A program made the translations under genes and the position numbers. From positions 1,152,001-1,216,000 of the forward strand of contig CBDBCZ010000019.1 of the NCBI GenBank assembly GCA_965203295.1: 64,000 bases of DNA, given 5' to 3'. This DNA is from Nitrospirales bacterium. GTDB taxonomy: Bacteria; Nitrospirota; Nitrospiria; Nitrospirales; UBA8639. The notes under the pieces are model-generated. The model was given only the letters and a program-made list of their open reading frames with translations, was not told the origin of the DNA and ran no database searches. Shown piece after piece: positions 49,376-59,584 of the stretch (position 1 is the stretch's first letter; every line of letters begins with the position of its first letter).

Positions 49376-51691
49376 TTGAATCCAATGTCATCTATGATCA
49401 AGTTTTTTTCTCATACCCTTTCCTCTTTCCGGAGAACATTAGTTTTCTGGTGGATCCTGTTCTTTCTCGTTCAACAAGTGGAACGACTGTTTTTGTTACC
49501 AGAGGCTTGGTCTGCTGAGGAACCAACGCCTGGCATTCTTGCGAAAACGTTTCTTGCAGGATTAAGAGCCGATCTCATTGTCGCAACCTTGGGAATTCTT
49601 TTGGCCGTGGTCGTGGCTCGTGTGATGTGGTTGTTTCCCCATCTCATTGCAAGGTGGCGAAGGTCTATAAGCTCTGGTTTGTCCTATCAGCGATACTTTA
49701 AAGGGGTCGCGTTGTGTTTAGGGATTTTCCTTCTCCTCTTTCTGACTATCGATATGGGCTATTATGGGTATCACCGTACGCACCTTGATATGGTCTTCTT
49801 CGAATTTGTTGACGATCTTCTATCGCCCAGATTACATCACGAAGAAACGATCGTGGAAGCAGAAGGAACGAGTCAAGCCTTTAAGCAAACTCAGGCTGAA
49901 GTTCAAGACGTGAAAAAATGGGGATTAAGGGTCGGCGCATTCTTGGGAGCTCAAGGGATTATTATTGTTGTATGGTGCCTGCTGTTTCGAGGATTTCTTG
50001 TCACAGGATTGGTGCAGTGGAGTGAGCTTTATCCCAGGGCTTCTCGCTATATGTTGGCTGTGGCTTTGATGGGAGGTGTCGTTGGATTCAGTCCCTATGG
50101 GCCTTTGGTGATGCAACGAGCAGGGATTAGCAGTGCTGTGTATTATACCCTAGCTCAAAATCCGATTTGGTATGCTGGGGAAGTAGGGGTCGGGAATTTG
50201 CTCTTCAGGATGACTGGTGGCAAGTCGGAATTACTCCAATTCATGCCGTTCGAGGAAGCCCTAGAACTGACTAGAGAAACCTTGGATCTCGGTGATACGT
50301 TCCATGACCCTGACTTTCCGTTGGTCCGTCAGCTTTCTCAAAGTCCTGTGCGACATGAATATGATCCTATTAATATTTTAATCATTTTTGTTGAAGCATT
50401 GGATCGTCGGTACTTAGGACGAAACGTTTCCTTGGGCGAATCAAGCCACCTCAGGTCTGGACTGAAAGGAGTGAAGCCGTTTATCTATGCCACCCCACAA
50501 TATGCCGAGAATCAACCATCCTCCATGCTTGGAGGGCAAGATAAGCAGGTTCGTCTCACTCCATTTTTTGATCAATTGAAAAAGGAGAGTGTGTTTTTTG
50601 AAAATTTTTTCACGAATGGGGATAAAACAGCAAGTGGCCTGTTTTCGACTTTGTGTTCATATTTTCCCCGGAGGGGATGGGCGGTGATGAAAACCCGGTA
50701 TGCCCATGAATTTCTTTGTCTTCCGTCGGTCCTCAAGCATGCTGGTTATCGAACTGAAATGGTGGTCGGCCAGAACCGAGATCGCAACTATGACCATATA
50801 GGCCTGTTCATGGCGAGAAATGGCCTCCAGCAATTATTAGATGAAAATGATTACCCTGAAGAAGCTGAGCGACTCGGTATTGGTATGACCGATAATTCGT
50901 TGCTTGATTTTCTTGGTGATCGTCTTGCTGTTCTCCAACGAGCAGAGCAACCATTTTTTCTGATGACCTTAACAACGGGTACTCACCACCCTTATCCTGT
51001 CCCACAAAAACATCCTGATGTTATGGCCTTGCAGGTCCATGAGGATCCCTATGTTCCAGCTCTTCGGAATGTTGATATTCAGTTCGAGCGTTTTTTTCAT
51101 AATCTTGACGGAACTGACCTCCTGAACAATACCATCGTGTTTATTCTAGGAGATCATGGTCGTCATGAAGGCATTGGATGGTCGGATGCCTCATCACGAG
51201 CTGGACATTTTCTTTCTCCTCTCTTTGTTTGGATAGATCCTTCCCTGCGTGACAGGCTTCCGTTTAAACCTCATGTTGTTTCCGCTATTACAAGTCAAGT
51301 TGATATCGTTCCAACAATTCTTTCCCTTGTGGGGTTGACTCCTCAATGGGGTTCTTTCTTAGGGAAGGACTTGAACTGTCTGTTACAGGGGATATGCACA
51401 GTAAAGAGCGTGGCTTTTTTAAGTGGAAACCACGATGACACCATTGGAATCGTGGATCAACAGGGAATGTTACTGTATTCCTTCCACAGGAATATCTTGT
51501 TTGAGGCAACCCCACATGGTCGAACGTTTGCAGATGACCGTCTCATCGAAGTTGACGGTTTAGCCGTCAATGACGAGAATTCCCAATTGAGTCAGCGATT
51601 TCGAAGGATGCTCGCTTTGTATGTGACGTCCAATCTTGCCTTGGAACAAAATAGAATTTGGCCGAGTCAGGGGATCAAGGAAAAATTATAA
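49376..51691 (+). CDS. LTA synthase / sulfatase-superfamily membrane phosphotransferase, copy 1
   Basis: N-terminal TM bundle, IFVEALD, candidate catalytic Thr in NGDKTASG, THHPY, GDHG, SQVDIVPT. Confidence 0.88.
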   Translation: MNPMSSMIKFFSHTLSSFRRTLVFWWILFFLVQQVERLFLLPEAWSAEEPTPGILAKTFLAGLRADLIVATLGILLAVVVARVMWLFPHLIARWRRSISSGLSYQRYFKGVALCLGIFLLLFLTIDMGYYGYHRTHLDMVFFEFVDDLLSPRLHHEETIVEAEGTSQAFKQTQAEVQDVKKWGLRVGAFLGAQGIIIVVWCLLFRGFLVTGLVQWSELYPRASRYMLAVALMGGVVGFSPYGPLVMQRAGISSAVYYTLAQNPIWYAGEVGVGNLLFRMTGGKSELLQFMPFEEALELTRETLDLGDTFHDPDFPLVRQLSQSPVRHEYDPINILIIFVEALDRRYLGRNVSLGESSHLRSGLKGVKPFIYATPQYAENQPSSMLGGQDKQVRLTPFFDQLKKESVFFENFFTNGDKTASGLFSTLCSYFPRRGWAVMKTRYAHEFLCLPSVLKHAGYRTEMVVGQNRDRNYDHIGLFMARNGLQQLLDENDYPEEAERLGIGMTDNSLLDFLGDRLAVLQRAEQPFFLMTLTTGTHHPYPVPQKHPDVMALQVHEDPYVPALRNVDIQFERFFHNLDGTDLLNNTIVFILGDHGRHEGIGWSDASSRAGHFLSPLFVWIDPSLRDRLPFKPHVVSAITSQVDIVPTILSLVGLTPQWGSFLGKDLNCLLQGICTVKSVAFLSGNHDDTIGIVDQQGMLLYSFHRNILFEATPHGRTFADDRLIEVDGLAVNDENSQLSQRFRRMLALYVTSNLALEQNRIWPSQGIKEKL

Positions 51692-51776
51692 ATCAAACCT
51701 GACAATGAAGACCTGTTCGTAATTTGTTGATCTGAATCTCGTTCTTCTGATTTATCCTTTAGCAGTCTATCGAGGA

Positions 51777-53997
51777 ATGAACATTTTTCGTCCACCACAA
51801 CACTGGTCACTTCGACGTACGCTTCTCTTTTGGTGGGGTTTGTTTTTGTGTCTCCAGCAAGCCCAGCGGTTGTTCTTGTTTTCTGATGCTTTGGCTCATG
51901 AGGTGCCATCCGGCTTGAGTATGGCCGAAACATTGTTGATGGGGTTTCGGGGTGATCTGATTACTGCCTCATTGGTGGTGGGATTATCAGTCATCGTAGG
52001 AGCTCTCCTATGGGGACTTGTGATTGGAATCTGCTGGGTTGGTCGTCGTGTGCCAAGCGGAGAGGTATTTACGCTTGGTTTATGGAGATGGTTTGTCTGC
52101 GTCGGGATCTTTCTCCTCGCCTTTCTGTTAATTGATATGGGCTACTATGGATATAATCATCAACATTTGGATTTTGTGTTCTTTGAGTACGTCGATGATT
52201 TGTTGACTCCCAGTCCTTACCCTGTCAATCAAGCCTTCCAACAAACCGATGCGGAACTTCAACATATCGGACAGTGGGCCGTGAGGGTTGCCTTGTTCTT
52301 GATGGCTGAGGGGATTCTCGTCGTAGGGTGGGTGTTTGTCTTTCGAAGGGGATTCGAGCCTTACCTCAACAGATGGCATTTGGGGGGGCTTATCTTAAGA
52401 GTGCACTTTTAGCGATCGCGTTATTAGTCGGTGTGACCGGTTTCCATCCTTATAGTATGTGGGCCATCAGACAAGCTTCTATTCCTTCGTCCGTGTACTA
52501 CACGTTGGCGCAAAACCCAGTTTGGTATGCGAGTGAGGTTCTCTTAGCTCCGCGTCTCTTTGGTCTCCATGTCAATGTGCAGGGATGATGGGCCATCTTG
52601 ATCTAGAAGAAGCTGTTCGGAAAACGCAAAAATTGGTTGGGGAACATGACACGTATTCTTTTCCTCAATTTCCACTCGTACGAGCAGATCAGGCTAGCCG
52701 TTCCCCGTATTTTGGTAGACCAACGAATATTCTCCTCATCTTTGTGGAAGGCTTTGACCGTCGATATTTAGGTCGAATTGTCGATACCAAGGATAAGGAG
52801 CAGTGGTCCGAATATGTTGTCCCCGGAGAACCTCGCTCTTGGGATCTTAGTCAGGATGAGCTGATGGGGTCATCGAAAGTCTTGCTCACCACGTTTCTAG
52901 ATCGCATGAAGCATGAAAGTATTTATATTAAACATTTCTTCTCTAATGGGCGCTCCACCATGTGTGGTCTGTTTGCCACGCTCTGCTCTTACTTTCCTCG
53001 GGCAGGATGGGATGTTATCCGAACGCGGTATGGGCAGGATTTCCTCTGTCTTCCCTCGGTCCTCAAGATGGCAGGTTATAGAACAGAAATGGTGATCGCC
53101 CAAAGCCGTGGGAGCAACCGTGGACAAATTGGGCCGTTTATGGCTCGACATGGTTTTGAACAATTGTACGATGCGAATGACTTTCCTCGTGACGCTGAAC
53201 AGCTCGGTATTGGGTTCACTGATCGGGCCCTGTTTCAATTCATGCAAGAACGGTTGTTTGCCCTTCAAAAAGAAGGACAACCTTTTTTCTTAACAACGCT
53301 AACCGTGGGTACGCATCATCCTTATAACGTGCCGCTAGATCATCCCGAAGTCCAAATCCTGAGTGAGTATCCAGATGGTTTTGTTGTTGCGCTTCGCTCA
53401 TTGGATTTGGAACTCGAGCGATTTATGGATCGTCTTGGAAAACAAGGGCTTTTGAACAATACTCTTGTTTTCCTTATGGGTGACCACGGTCGTCACGAAT
53501 GGAGGCCCGGTGGAGGAGGATTCAAAGTTGTAGACTGGGTTGGTCATCATATGACTCCTTTGTTTATTTGGGCTGATCCATCATTGAGGACTGAAAAAAA
53601 TTATTATCCTCGTGTGGTGGATGGAGTGGCGAGCCATGTTGATGTGATGCCGACAATCCTTGGCCTGAATGGATTAAGGCCGAAATTGTCTCCATTTCTC
53701 GGCCGAGATCTCAGCTGTCTGATGGTCAGAGATTGTGTGCTGGATAATATGGCGTTAATTGGTGATACGGCCCATCTTGGGCTGGCTGGTCGTTCAGGGT
53801 TTATGGGATATGCCATGGACCAACATGTGATGTTTTGGACCGATATTGAATTTTCTCGTCCATTGGCACCTCAGAGCGTGGATGATTTTCATGATCCCGA
53901 ATGGTATCACACGATGTTGTCTCTCTTTGTGAGTTCACAGACATTATTAGAACAGAATCGCGTTTGGTCCTGGAAAAAATTTGGTGATAAATTGTGA
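51777..53997 (+). pseudogene. LTA synthase-family paralogue, copy 2, split into three ORFs by two -1 frameshifts
   Basis: ORFs 51777-52412, 52328-52588 and 52585-53997 are colinear with copy 1 (IDMGYYGY, YYTLAQNP, LCSYFPR, THHPY, GDHG). Breaks at G7 (52382-52388) and near GGG (52582-52584). Confidence 0.8.
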
Positions 53998-54758
53998 AAG
54001 GAGTAAGATCAAAAATTTCAGTGGTAGTCATTGCGTACAATGATGAGCCGAATATCAAGGCCTGTCTGGAAAGCGTCACGTGGGCGGATGAACTGATCGT
54101 CGTGGATTCATTTAGCACGGATGGAACAACCGAAATCAGTCATCAATTCACCGACAAGGTGTACCAACATGAATTTCAGGGGTTTGGCAAGCTTCGAAAC
54201 GATGCGATGGCACATGCATCACATGATTGGATCTTTAGCCTGGATACGGATGAACGAGCGACGGATGAGGTACGCCTAGAAATTAATCGAATCCTCACAG
54301 CGGGACCGACTGCAGAGGCATATCTCATTCCCAGACGGAATGTTTTCCTTGGTCGATGGATCAAGCATTGTGGATGGTATCCCGATTATCGTCAGCCCCA
54401 ATTTTTCCACTCTCGGCACATGCGCTATCGAGAGGATCTCGTCCATGAAAGTTTTGAGCTTGATGGACGGTTAGGGCACTTCTCATCGTACGTAGAGCAA
54501 TATCCCTTTCGCAACGTTGACCAGCATTTGATGAAAATGGATCGATACTCGAGTCTGATGGCCCAGGAGATGAATAAGCGAGGGCGTCGGTTTCATGTTC
54601 ATCAACTGGTGTCCCATCCTGCTTTTACGTTCATAAAAATGTATCTCTTGCGGGGTGGGTTTCTTGATGGAAAGCCGGGGCTCATTTTATCGGGGCTCTA
54701 TGCCTATTATACCTTTGTCAAGTACGCCAAATTGTGGGAGGCAACCAGAAACCCTTAA
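53994..54758 (+). CDS. Glycosyltransferase family 2 (WaaE/KdtX-like)
   Basis: VVDSFSTDGT, LDTDER, GWYPDY, YTFVKYAKLWE. Confidence 0.92.
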   Translation: MKGVRSKISVVVIAYNDEPNIKACLESVTWADELIVVDSFSTDGTTEISHQFTDKVYQHEFQGFGKLRNDAMAHASHDWIFSLDTDERATDEVRLEINRILTAGPTAEAYLIPRRNVFLGRWIKHCGWYPDYRQPQFFHSRHMRYREDLVHESFELDGRLGHFSSYVEQYPFRNVDQHLMKMDRYSSLMAQEMNKRGRRFHVHQLVSHPAFTFIKMYLLRGGFLDGKPGLILSGLYAYYTFVKYAKLWEATRNP

Positions 54759-54819
54759 TCGGCCCTCGGGTAGATTCGCTCCCGAACGTCATATCCAGTT
54801 TCTGTGGATACACAGATTA

Positions 54820-55938
54820 TTGAGACCTCTACGAATTCTTCATACCGAACCTTCCTTAGACCTTGGTGGTCAAGAGTTTCGAGTGCTTCGAGAAGCCATT
54901 GGAATGAAACATCGAGGACACGATGTCATTCTAGGTGTTCAACAAGGCAGTCAGTTGGCGGCTTGTGCGATGAAAGAAGAACTCTGTTTCGAATTCATCA
55001 AGGTAGCTAAAACACGGTTGATTCCATTGGCCTTCGACTTGGCCAAACTGATTTCTCGTTATCACTTTGATGTAGTGAATACTCATGGGTCCATCGATAG
55101 TTGGACGGCCTCAGTAGCAGCTCGATTGTCAAAGACTAAGCCGTTGATCGTGAGAACCCGTCACAAATCTGTCCCAGTTTCTCCCACCCTCAGACATCGG
55201 CTCCTTTACAACATTCTGCCTCATCTGATTGTGACGACGGGAGAAGCTGTCAGGAAACAATTGATTCAGGATAATGGGATTGATGCCTCAAAAATTGTGT
55301 CGATTCCTACGGGTGTGGATGTCGACCTCTATAAGCCTTCCGAACCCGACTGGCAGTGCAAGAATAGCTTGGGGTTCTCTCGCGAGGATATCGTGATTGG
55401 GACAGTAGCCTTTTTGCGGGACTATAAAGGTATTGGTGATCTGTTGCAGACGGCACCGTCTCTCTTGAAACACAGTCCTTATTATAAATTTCTCATTGTT
55501 GGAGATGGGCCTGAGCGAAGTTCGCTTGTGAGTGCTGTGTCACGTTTGGGTTTGGAGTCGCACGTCGTGTTCACTGGTTTTCGAGATGATGTCCCTCGTT
55601 TGTTGGCGCTCATGGATGTGGTGGTCTTACCGTCGATTGGGGCTGAGGGTGTTCCCCAGGTGCTGACTCAAGCCCTTGCCATGGGAAAGCCTGTTGTCGC
55701 GACAAGCGTGGGAGGCATTCCCGAAATCATTCATGATGGAGAAACAGGTCTATTAGTTCCACCCAACGATCCACAACGATTAGGCGAAGCCATTGGAAAT
55801 CTCGCACAGGATTCTATCCTCAGAAAAACATTGGGAGAACGAGGGAGGGAGGATGTCGTGACTCACTATAGCTTGGAAACGATGCTTGATCGAACCGAAG
55901 AAATGTATGAGCGGTTTACAAGCACCTCGTCACGTTAA
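54820..55938 (+). CDS. Glycosyltransferase family 4
   Basis: ILHTE..GGQE, GFRDDV, EGVPQVLTQA, VGGIPE. TTG start at ~54820 is inferred. Confidence 0.9.
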   Translation: MRPLRILHTEPSLDLGGQEFRVLREAIGMKHRGHDVILGVQQGSQLAACAMKEELCFEFIKVAKTRLIPLAFDLAKLISRYHFDVVNTHGSIDSWTASVAARLSKTKPLIVRTRHKSVPVSPTLRHRLLYNILPHLIVTTGEAVRKQLIQDNGIDASKIVSIPTGVDVDLYKPSEPDWQCKNSLGFSREDIVIGTVAFLRDYKGIGDLLQTAPSLLKHSPYYKFLIVGDGPERSSLVSAVSRLGLESHVVFTGFRDDVPRLLALMDVVVLPSIGAEGVPQVLTQALAMGKPVVATSVGGIPEIIHDGETGLLVPPNDPQRLGEAIGNLAQDSILRKTLGERGREDVVTHYSLETMLDRTEEMYERFTSTSSR

Positions 55939-56043
55939 AGGAGAACCCTTCCGTCACTCGAGAAATGCTTTTGTCGGTTCATCGAATATTATCAGACTGA
56001 CATTGTCTGGTGCGGTGACTCTACTGGGAGATTCGCAATCATC

Positions 56044-56889
56044 ATGAAGGTCAGTGGATTCACATTTTGCAGGAATGCCATTCAGTATGATTATCCGATC
56101 GTCGAATCAATCCGTTCGATTCTTCCCATCGTTGATGAATTCATCGTCAATGTTGGTCGATGTTCTGATGGCACCTTGGAACTGGTCCAATCCATTAATG
56201 ACAAAAAAATTCGTATCATTGAATCAGAGTGGGATGAATCCTTACGCAAAGATGGGTTGATTTATTCTCAACAGACCAATATCGCTCTTTCCCATTGTCA
56301 AGGAGACTGGGCATTCTATCTTCAAGCCGACGAAGTGATTCATGAAGATGATCTGCCTGGGCTCCATCATGCGATGCAGACGTATTTGCCAAATATGGAT
56401 GTGAAGGGGTTGGTGTTTCGATATTTGCACTTTGTGGGAGATTATTGGTCAACCAATCCTTGGTATTACCATCGAGCCGTACGCATCATTCGAAACAATG
56501 GAGAAGTTGAATCTTGTGGTGATGCTGTCGGGTTTCGGGTGAAGACGTCAGGTCAATATTTTCAAAACGGCCCCCAAGAGTGGGTGAAGCCTTCACAGGG
56601 ACGTGTGTTTCATTACGGGTGGGTCAAAGATTCCCATGTGATGCTCGAAAAAAAGCAGGAACAAACCCGAGTGTACCATGGGGATACCCCTCCACCTGCT
56701 GAAGCCAAATGGTACACGCTACCCGAGTACGACTTTGAAGACTACGACATTTTAAAGGACTTTCGTGGTGAACATCCCCAGGTTATGCGTTCCCGAATCT
56801 CTCGGACCACACGTCTTAGGCCAAGAGTGAACAGATGGCTCAATCCTCGGTTTTACCGGACAATCTTTCAAAAGGGTTTTCGGGGATAA
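56044..56889 (+). CDS. Glycosyltransferase family 2-like protein
   Basis: VSGFTFCRNAIQYDYP, SDGT, YLQADEV (DxD-like), HYGWV. Confidence 0.85.
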   Translation: MKVSGFTFCRNAIQYDYPIVESIRSILPIVDEFIVNVGRCSDGTLELVQSINDKKIRIIESEWDESLRKDGLIYSQQTNIALSHCQGDWAFYLQADEVIHEDDLPGLHHAMQTYLPNMDVKGLVFRYLHFVGDYWSTNPWYYHRAVRIIRNNGEVESCGDAVGFRVKTSGQYFQNGPQEWVKPSQGRVFHYGWVKDSHVMLEKKQEQTRVYHGDTPPPAEAKWYTLPEYDFEDYDILKDFRGEHPQVMRSRISRTTRLRPRVNRWLNPRFYRTIFQKGFRG

Positions 56890-56907
56890 GAAACGTATTG
56901 ACACGAT

Positions 56908-58590
56908 GTGATGGCGAATGTGATCTCTCCCCTGTCTCATGTCAGACTCAATGTTGCCCACGTGCATCCCGACTTCAGGGGAAAGCTCTATTTCATTCTT
57001 GGGCCTGGGTTGGGAGACACGGTCAATGGTTTTCGAATTCTTCACGAAGTTCATGCCCTCTACCCCCACGCGCATCTCGTGGTCTATGCGGACCCTCGAT
57101 GGAACAACCTTTATCAGCTTCTCCCTGAACTTCAACACATTCGGATTCGGTATCTGGGGGAGGCTCCTTCTGGTGAGTTGCAAGGGAAGGTGAAGCAGAC
57201 ACCCTATCACCATGTCTTTCGTTCGATCACTCAAGATATTCAAAGTGAGTTGGATCAGTCCACAAGCTTTGTCGCACTTGGGGACTTTAAATGTTTGGAC
57301 CAATTGGCAAAAAAAGAAACAGGTATTGTCATGAGAGCGCGGGCAATTGGGCTGAACCTGCCACCCGATCGGGAACGTCCCTTTTTGCCTATTGGTGCAA
57401 AACAGGTGGAGTCGGCCTCTGAATTTCTCAAAAGCTGCGGCCTGACTGCTGGGGAATATATTGCCGTCGCTCCTCATACGTTTTCAGATAAGATGTGGGA
57501 CCACAAAGCTTGGGAAGAGTTAATAGACGAAATATGGACAAAGATGCATTTGCCTGTGCTCATCATCGGAGTATCAGGGTACCCCTTCTTGAAAGGTTCC
57601 AGGGTTCGAGAGGCTATGAGGCTGCCTCTGTCGGTGGTCGCAGGGCTGCTTTATCACGCTAAGGGGTTTGTGGGATTGGATTCAGGAATCACTCATTTGG
57701 CGGCCTGTTTTGATGTGCCCATTGTGACGTTGAATCCACAGGGGAAATTTCCACCGTTTCTTGTGGAAGCTCATTCTCCATTTCGATGGACACATCTGAC
57801 CCCACGTGTGTATGGGCAATGCCCGATCACAGCTGATTCAGTGATTGAATTGGTTGAGCATGCGCTTCAACACCAGTATCCACAAAGTTGCCCTGTTTGT
57901 CAGGGTTTCCCTTTTGTCTTAAAAGCGTATAAAGGTCGGATTGTCTATCTCTGTCGTTGTGGACTTATTTTTTTCGATTATGAAAAGCCGAGTGAAGATG
58001 CCCCTGTTGTTTTTGACCCAACGAAATCCTTTATGGTCCCGCAGACCATTCATGGTATCTATGGACTCAAGACGTTTTTGATGAAAAGAAAAGAAAAGAC
58101 TGAGTCTCGTGTTGGTGAGGGTTTGTCAATTCGTTTCGTCCATTGGGATGCTCAAGCCTTTGACCCTGATACTCTGCTCCATATGGCCAGTCACTACGAC
58201 CTATGGTGGACTTGGGATGCCATGGTGGGTTTCCTTGAGCAATGCGGCTGGACAATTAGTCGAAATGAAATAGAATCTCACAAGCCGCCAGAGGGCGGAA
58301 TGTGTTCAATCACGGTTTGGATCATGCCACGTGCGGGGAGATCCCCTAAAGCCGTTTGGAAAGTTCCATGGAGCGATCAAATCCTAGACATGAAGGCAAC
58401 GCTGTATGAAGATTGGCTGAGATGGGGGACGTTTGGCAAAAAAGAAGAGTTAGAAGATTTAGGATGGGCTATAGCGAATGAACAAAATCCTAAAGAAGGA
58501 CGGGATATGCTGAGATTAGCCCTGCGGCTTGGGCCCCGAGGGAGAACCCTAAGAAGGTGGTGCCGAGCAGAGTGGAAAGCTCTTTGGTAG
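56908..58590 (+). CDS. GT9-family glycosyltransferase with a long C-terminal extension (CxxC...CxC)
   Basis: GLGDTV and FVGLDSGITHLAA (GT9), then CPVC...CRC and an unassigned C-terminal region. Confidence 0.75.
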   Translation: MMANVISPLSHVRLNVAHVHPDFRGKLYFILGPGLGDTVNGFRILHEVHALYPHAHLVVYADPRWNNLYQLLPELQHIRIRYLGEAPSGELQGKVKQTPYHHVFRSITQDIQSELDQSTSFVALGDFKCLDQLAKKETGIVMRARAIGLNLPPDRERPFLPIGAKQVESASEFLKSCGLTAGEYIAVAPHTFSDKMWDHKAWEELIDEIWTKMHLPVLIIGVSGYPFLKGSRVREAMRLPLSVVAGLLYHAKGFVGLDSGITHLAACFDVPIVTLNPQGKFPPFLVEAHSPFRWTHLTPRVYGQCPITADSVIELVEHALQHQYPQSCPVCQGFPFVLKAYKGRIVYLCRCGLIFFDYEKPSEDAPVVFDPTKSFMVPQTIHGIYGLKTFLMKRKEKTESRVGEGLSIRFVHWDAQAFDPDTLLHMASHYDLWWTWDAMVGFLEQCGWTISRNEIESHKPPEGGMCSITVWIMPRAGRSPKAVWKVPWSDQILDMKATLYEDWLRWGTFGKKEELEDLGWAIANEQNPKEGRDMLRLALRLGPRGRTLRRWCRAEWKALW

Positions 58591-58715
58591 AGTTGAGGTG
58601 CCTCATGAGAGAAGCGTACTTGTATGGAATTGCCCCAGAGTTTGTGTTGGCATAGGACATATGGTTTGGGTTACAGAAGGCTGTATGACCCACTAGAGCA
58701 GAGGGAAGAAAAGCA

Positions 58716-59483
58716 GTGGAACGACAATCGATAACGTGTGCCATTGTTGTGTTTAATGAGGAGCGAAATATCGGTGAATGTTTGGACACAGCACGATGGA
58801 TGGATGAGATTGTTGTCGTTGATGCTTTTAGTCAGGATAACACGAAGGAAATTTGTGAACGATACACCAACCGGATTTTTCAACGGCCGTGGAAAGGGTT
58901 TGGGGATCAGAAAAATTTTTCTATCAATCAAGCGACATGCGATTGGGTCTTTATTTTGGATGCCGATGAACGAATCACCCCTGAACTTCTGGAGGAAATT
59001 GAGGCGGTGTTGGGATCAAAAGGCGAGCAAGGTCCTGTTGCATTTTCTGTTCCCAGGAAAAACCTCTACTATGGTAAGTGGGTCAAGAATGCAGGATGTT
59101 ATCCCGACTATCAATTACGCCTTTTTCGAAGAGGCGTTGGGCAGCTGAATGATGAAGAGCCTCACAATAAATTTGTGTTTGAAGGTAAGGGGGGGCGGTT
59201 GGAGGCATCCTTGGAGCATTATACCGAAAGAACGATTAACGATCATTTTCGAAAATTTCGGAACTTTACGACACTTGCTGCTATGGAACGCGGAAAGCGC
59301 AAACGAGTTGTGTATTGGGCAGATCTGGTTGCGCGACCTCTCTTTACGTTTTATAAATATTTTGTGGTTCGGAAAGGATTTCGAGACGGCATGCATGGGT
59401 TTCTCATTAGCGGATTCGCCAGTATGTATACGTTCGTCAAATACGCAAAGTTGTGGGAAACTCTGAACGTCGAAAAACGGTAA
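58716..59483 (+). CDS. Glycosyltransferase family 2 (WaaE/KdtX-like), paralogue
   Basis: FNEERNI, VVDAFSQD, LDADER, YPDYQLRLF, YTFVKYAKLWE. Confidence 0.92.
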   Translation: MERQSITCAIVVFNEERNIGECLDTARWMDEIVVVDAFSQDNTKEICERYTNRIFQRPWKGFGDQKNFSINQATCDWVFILDADERITPELLEEIEAVLGSKGEQGPVAFSVPRKNLYYGKWVKNAGCYPDYQLRLFRRGVGQLNDEEPHNKFVFEGKGGRLEASLEHYTERTINDHFRKFRNFTTLAAMERGKRKRVVYWADLVARPLFTFYKYFVVRKGFRDGMHGFLISGFASMYTFVKYAKLWETLNVEKR

Positions 59484-59584
59484 TTCAGGCTCGTGAAAGA
59501 GAATATGCGATTTGTCCCACCATTCTGAAACAATCTCGCAAGACAATCTGAAGAAGTTTTCCTGGCGAAGAAAGGAATTCCATA

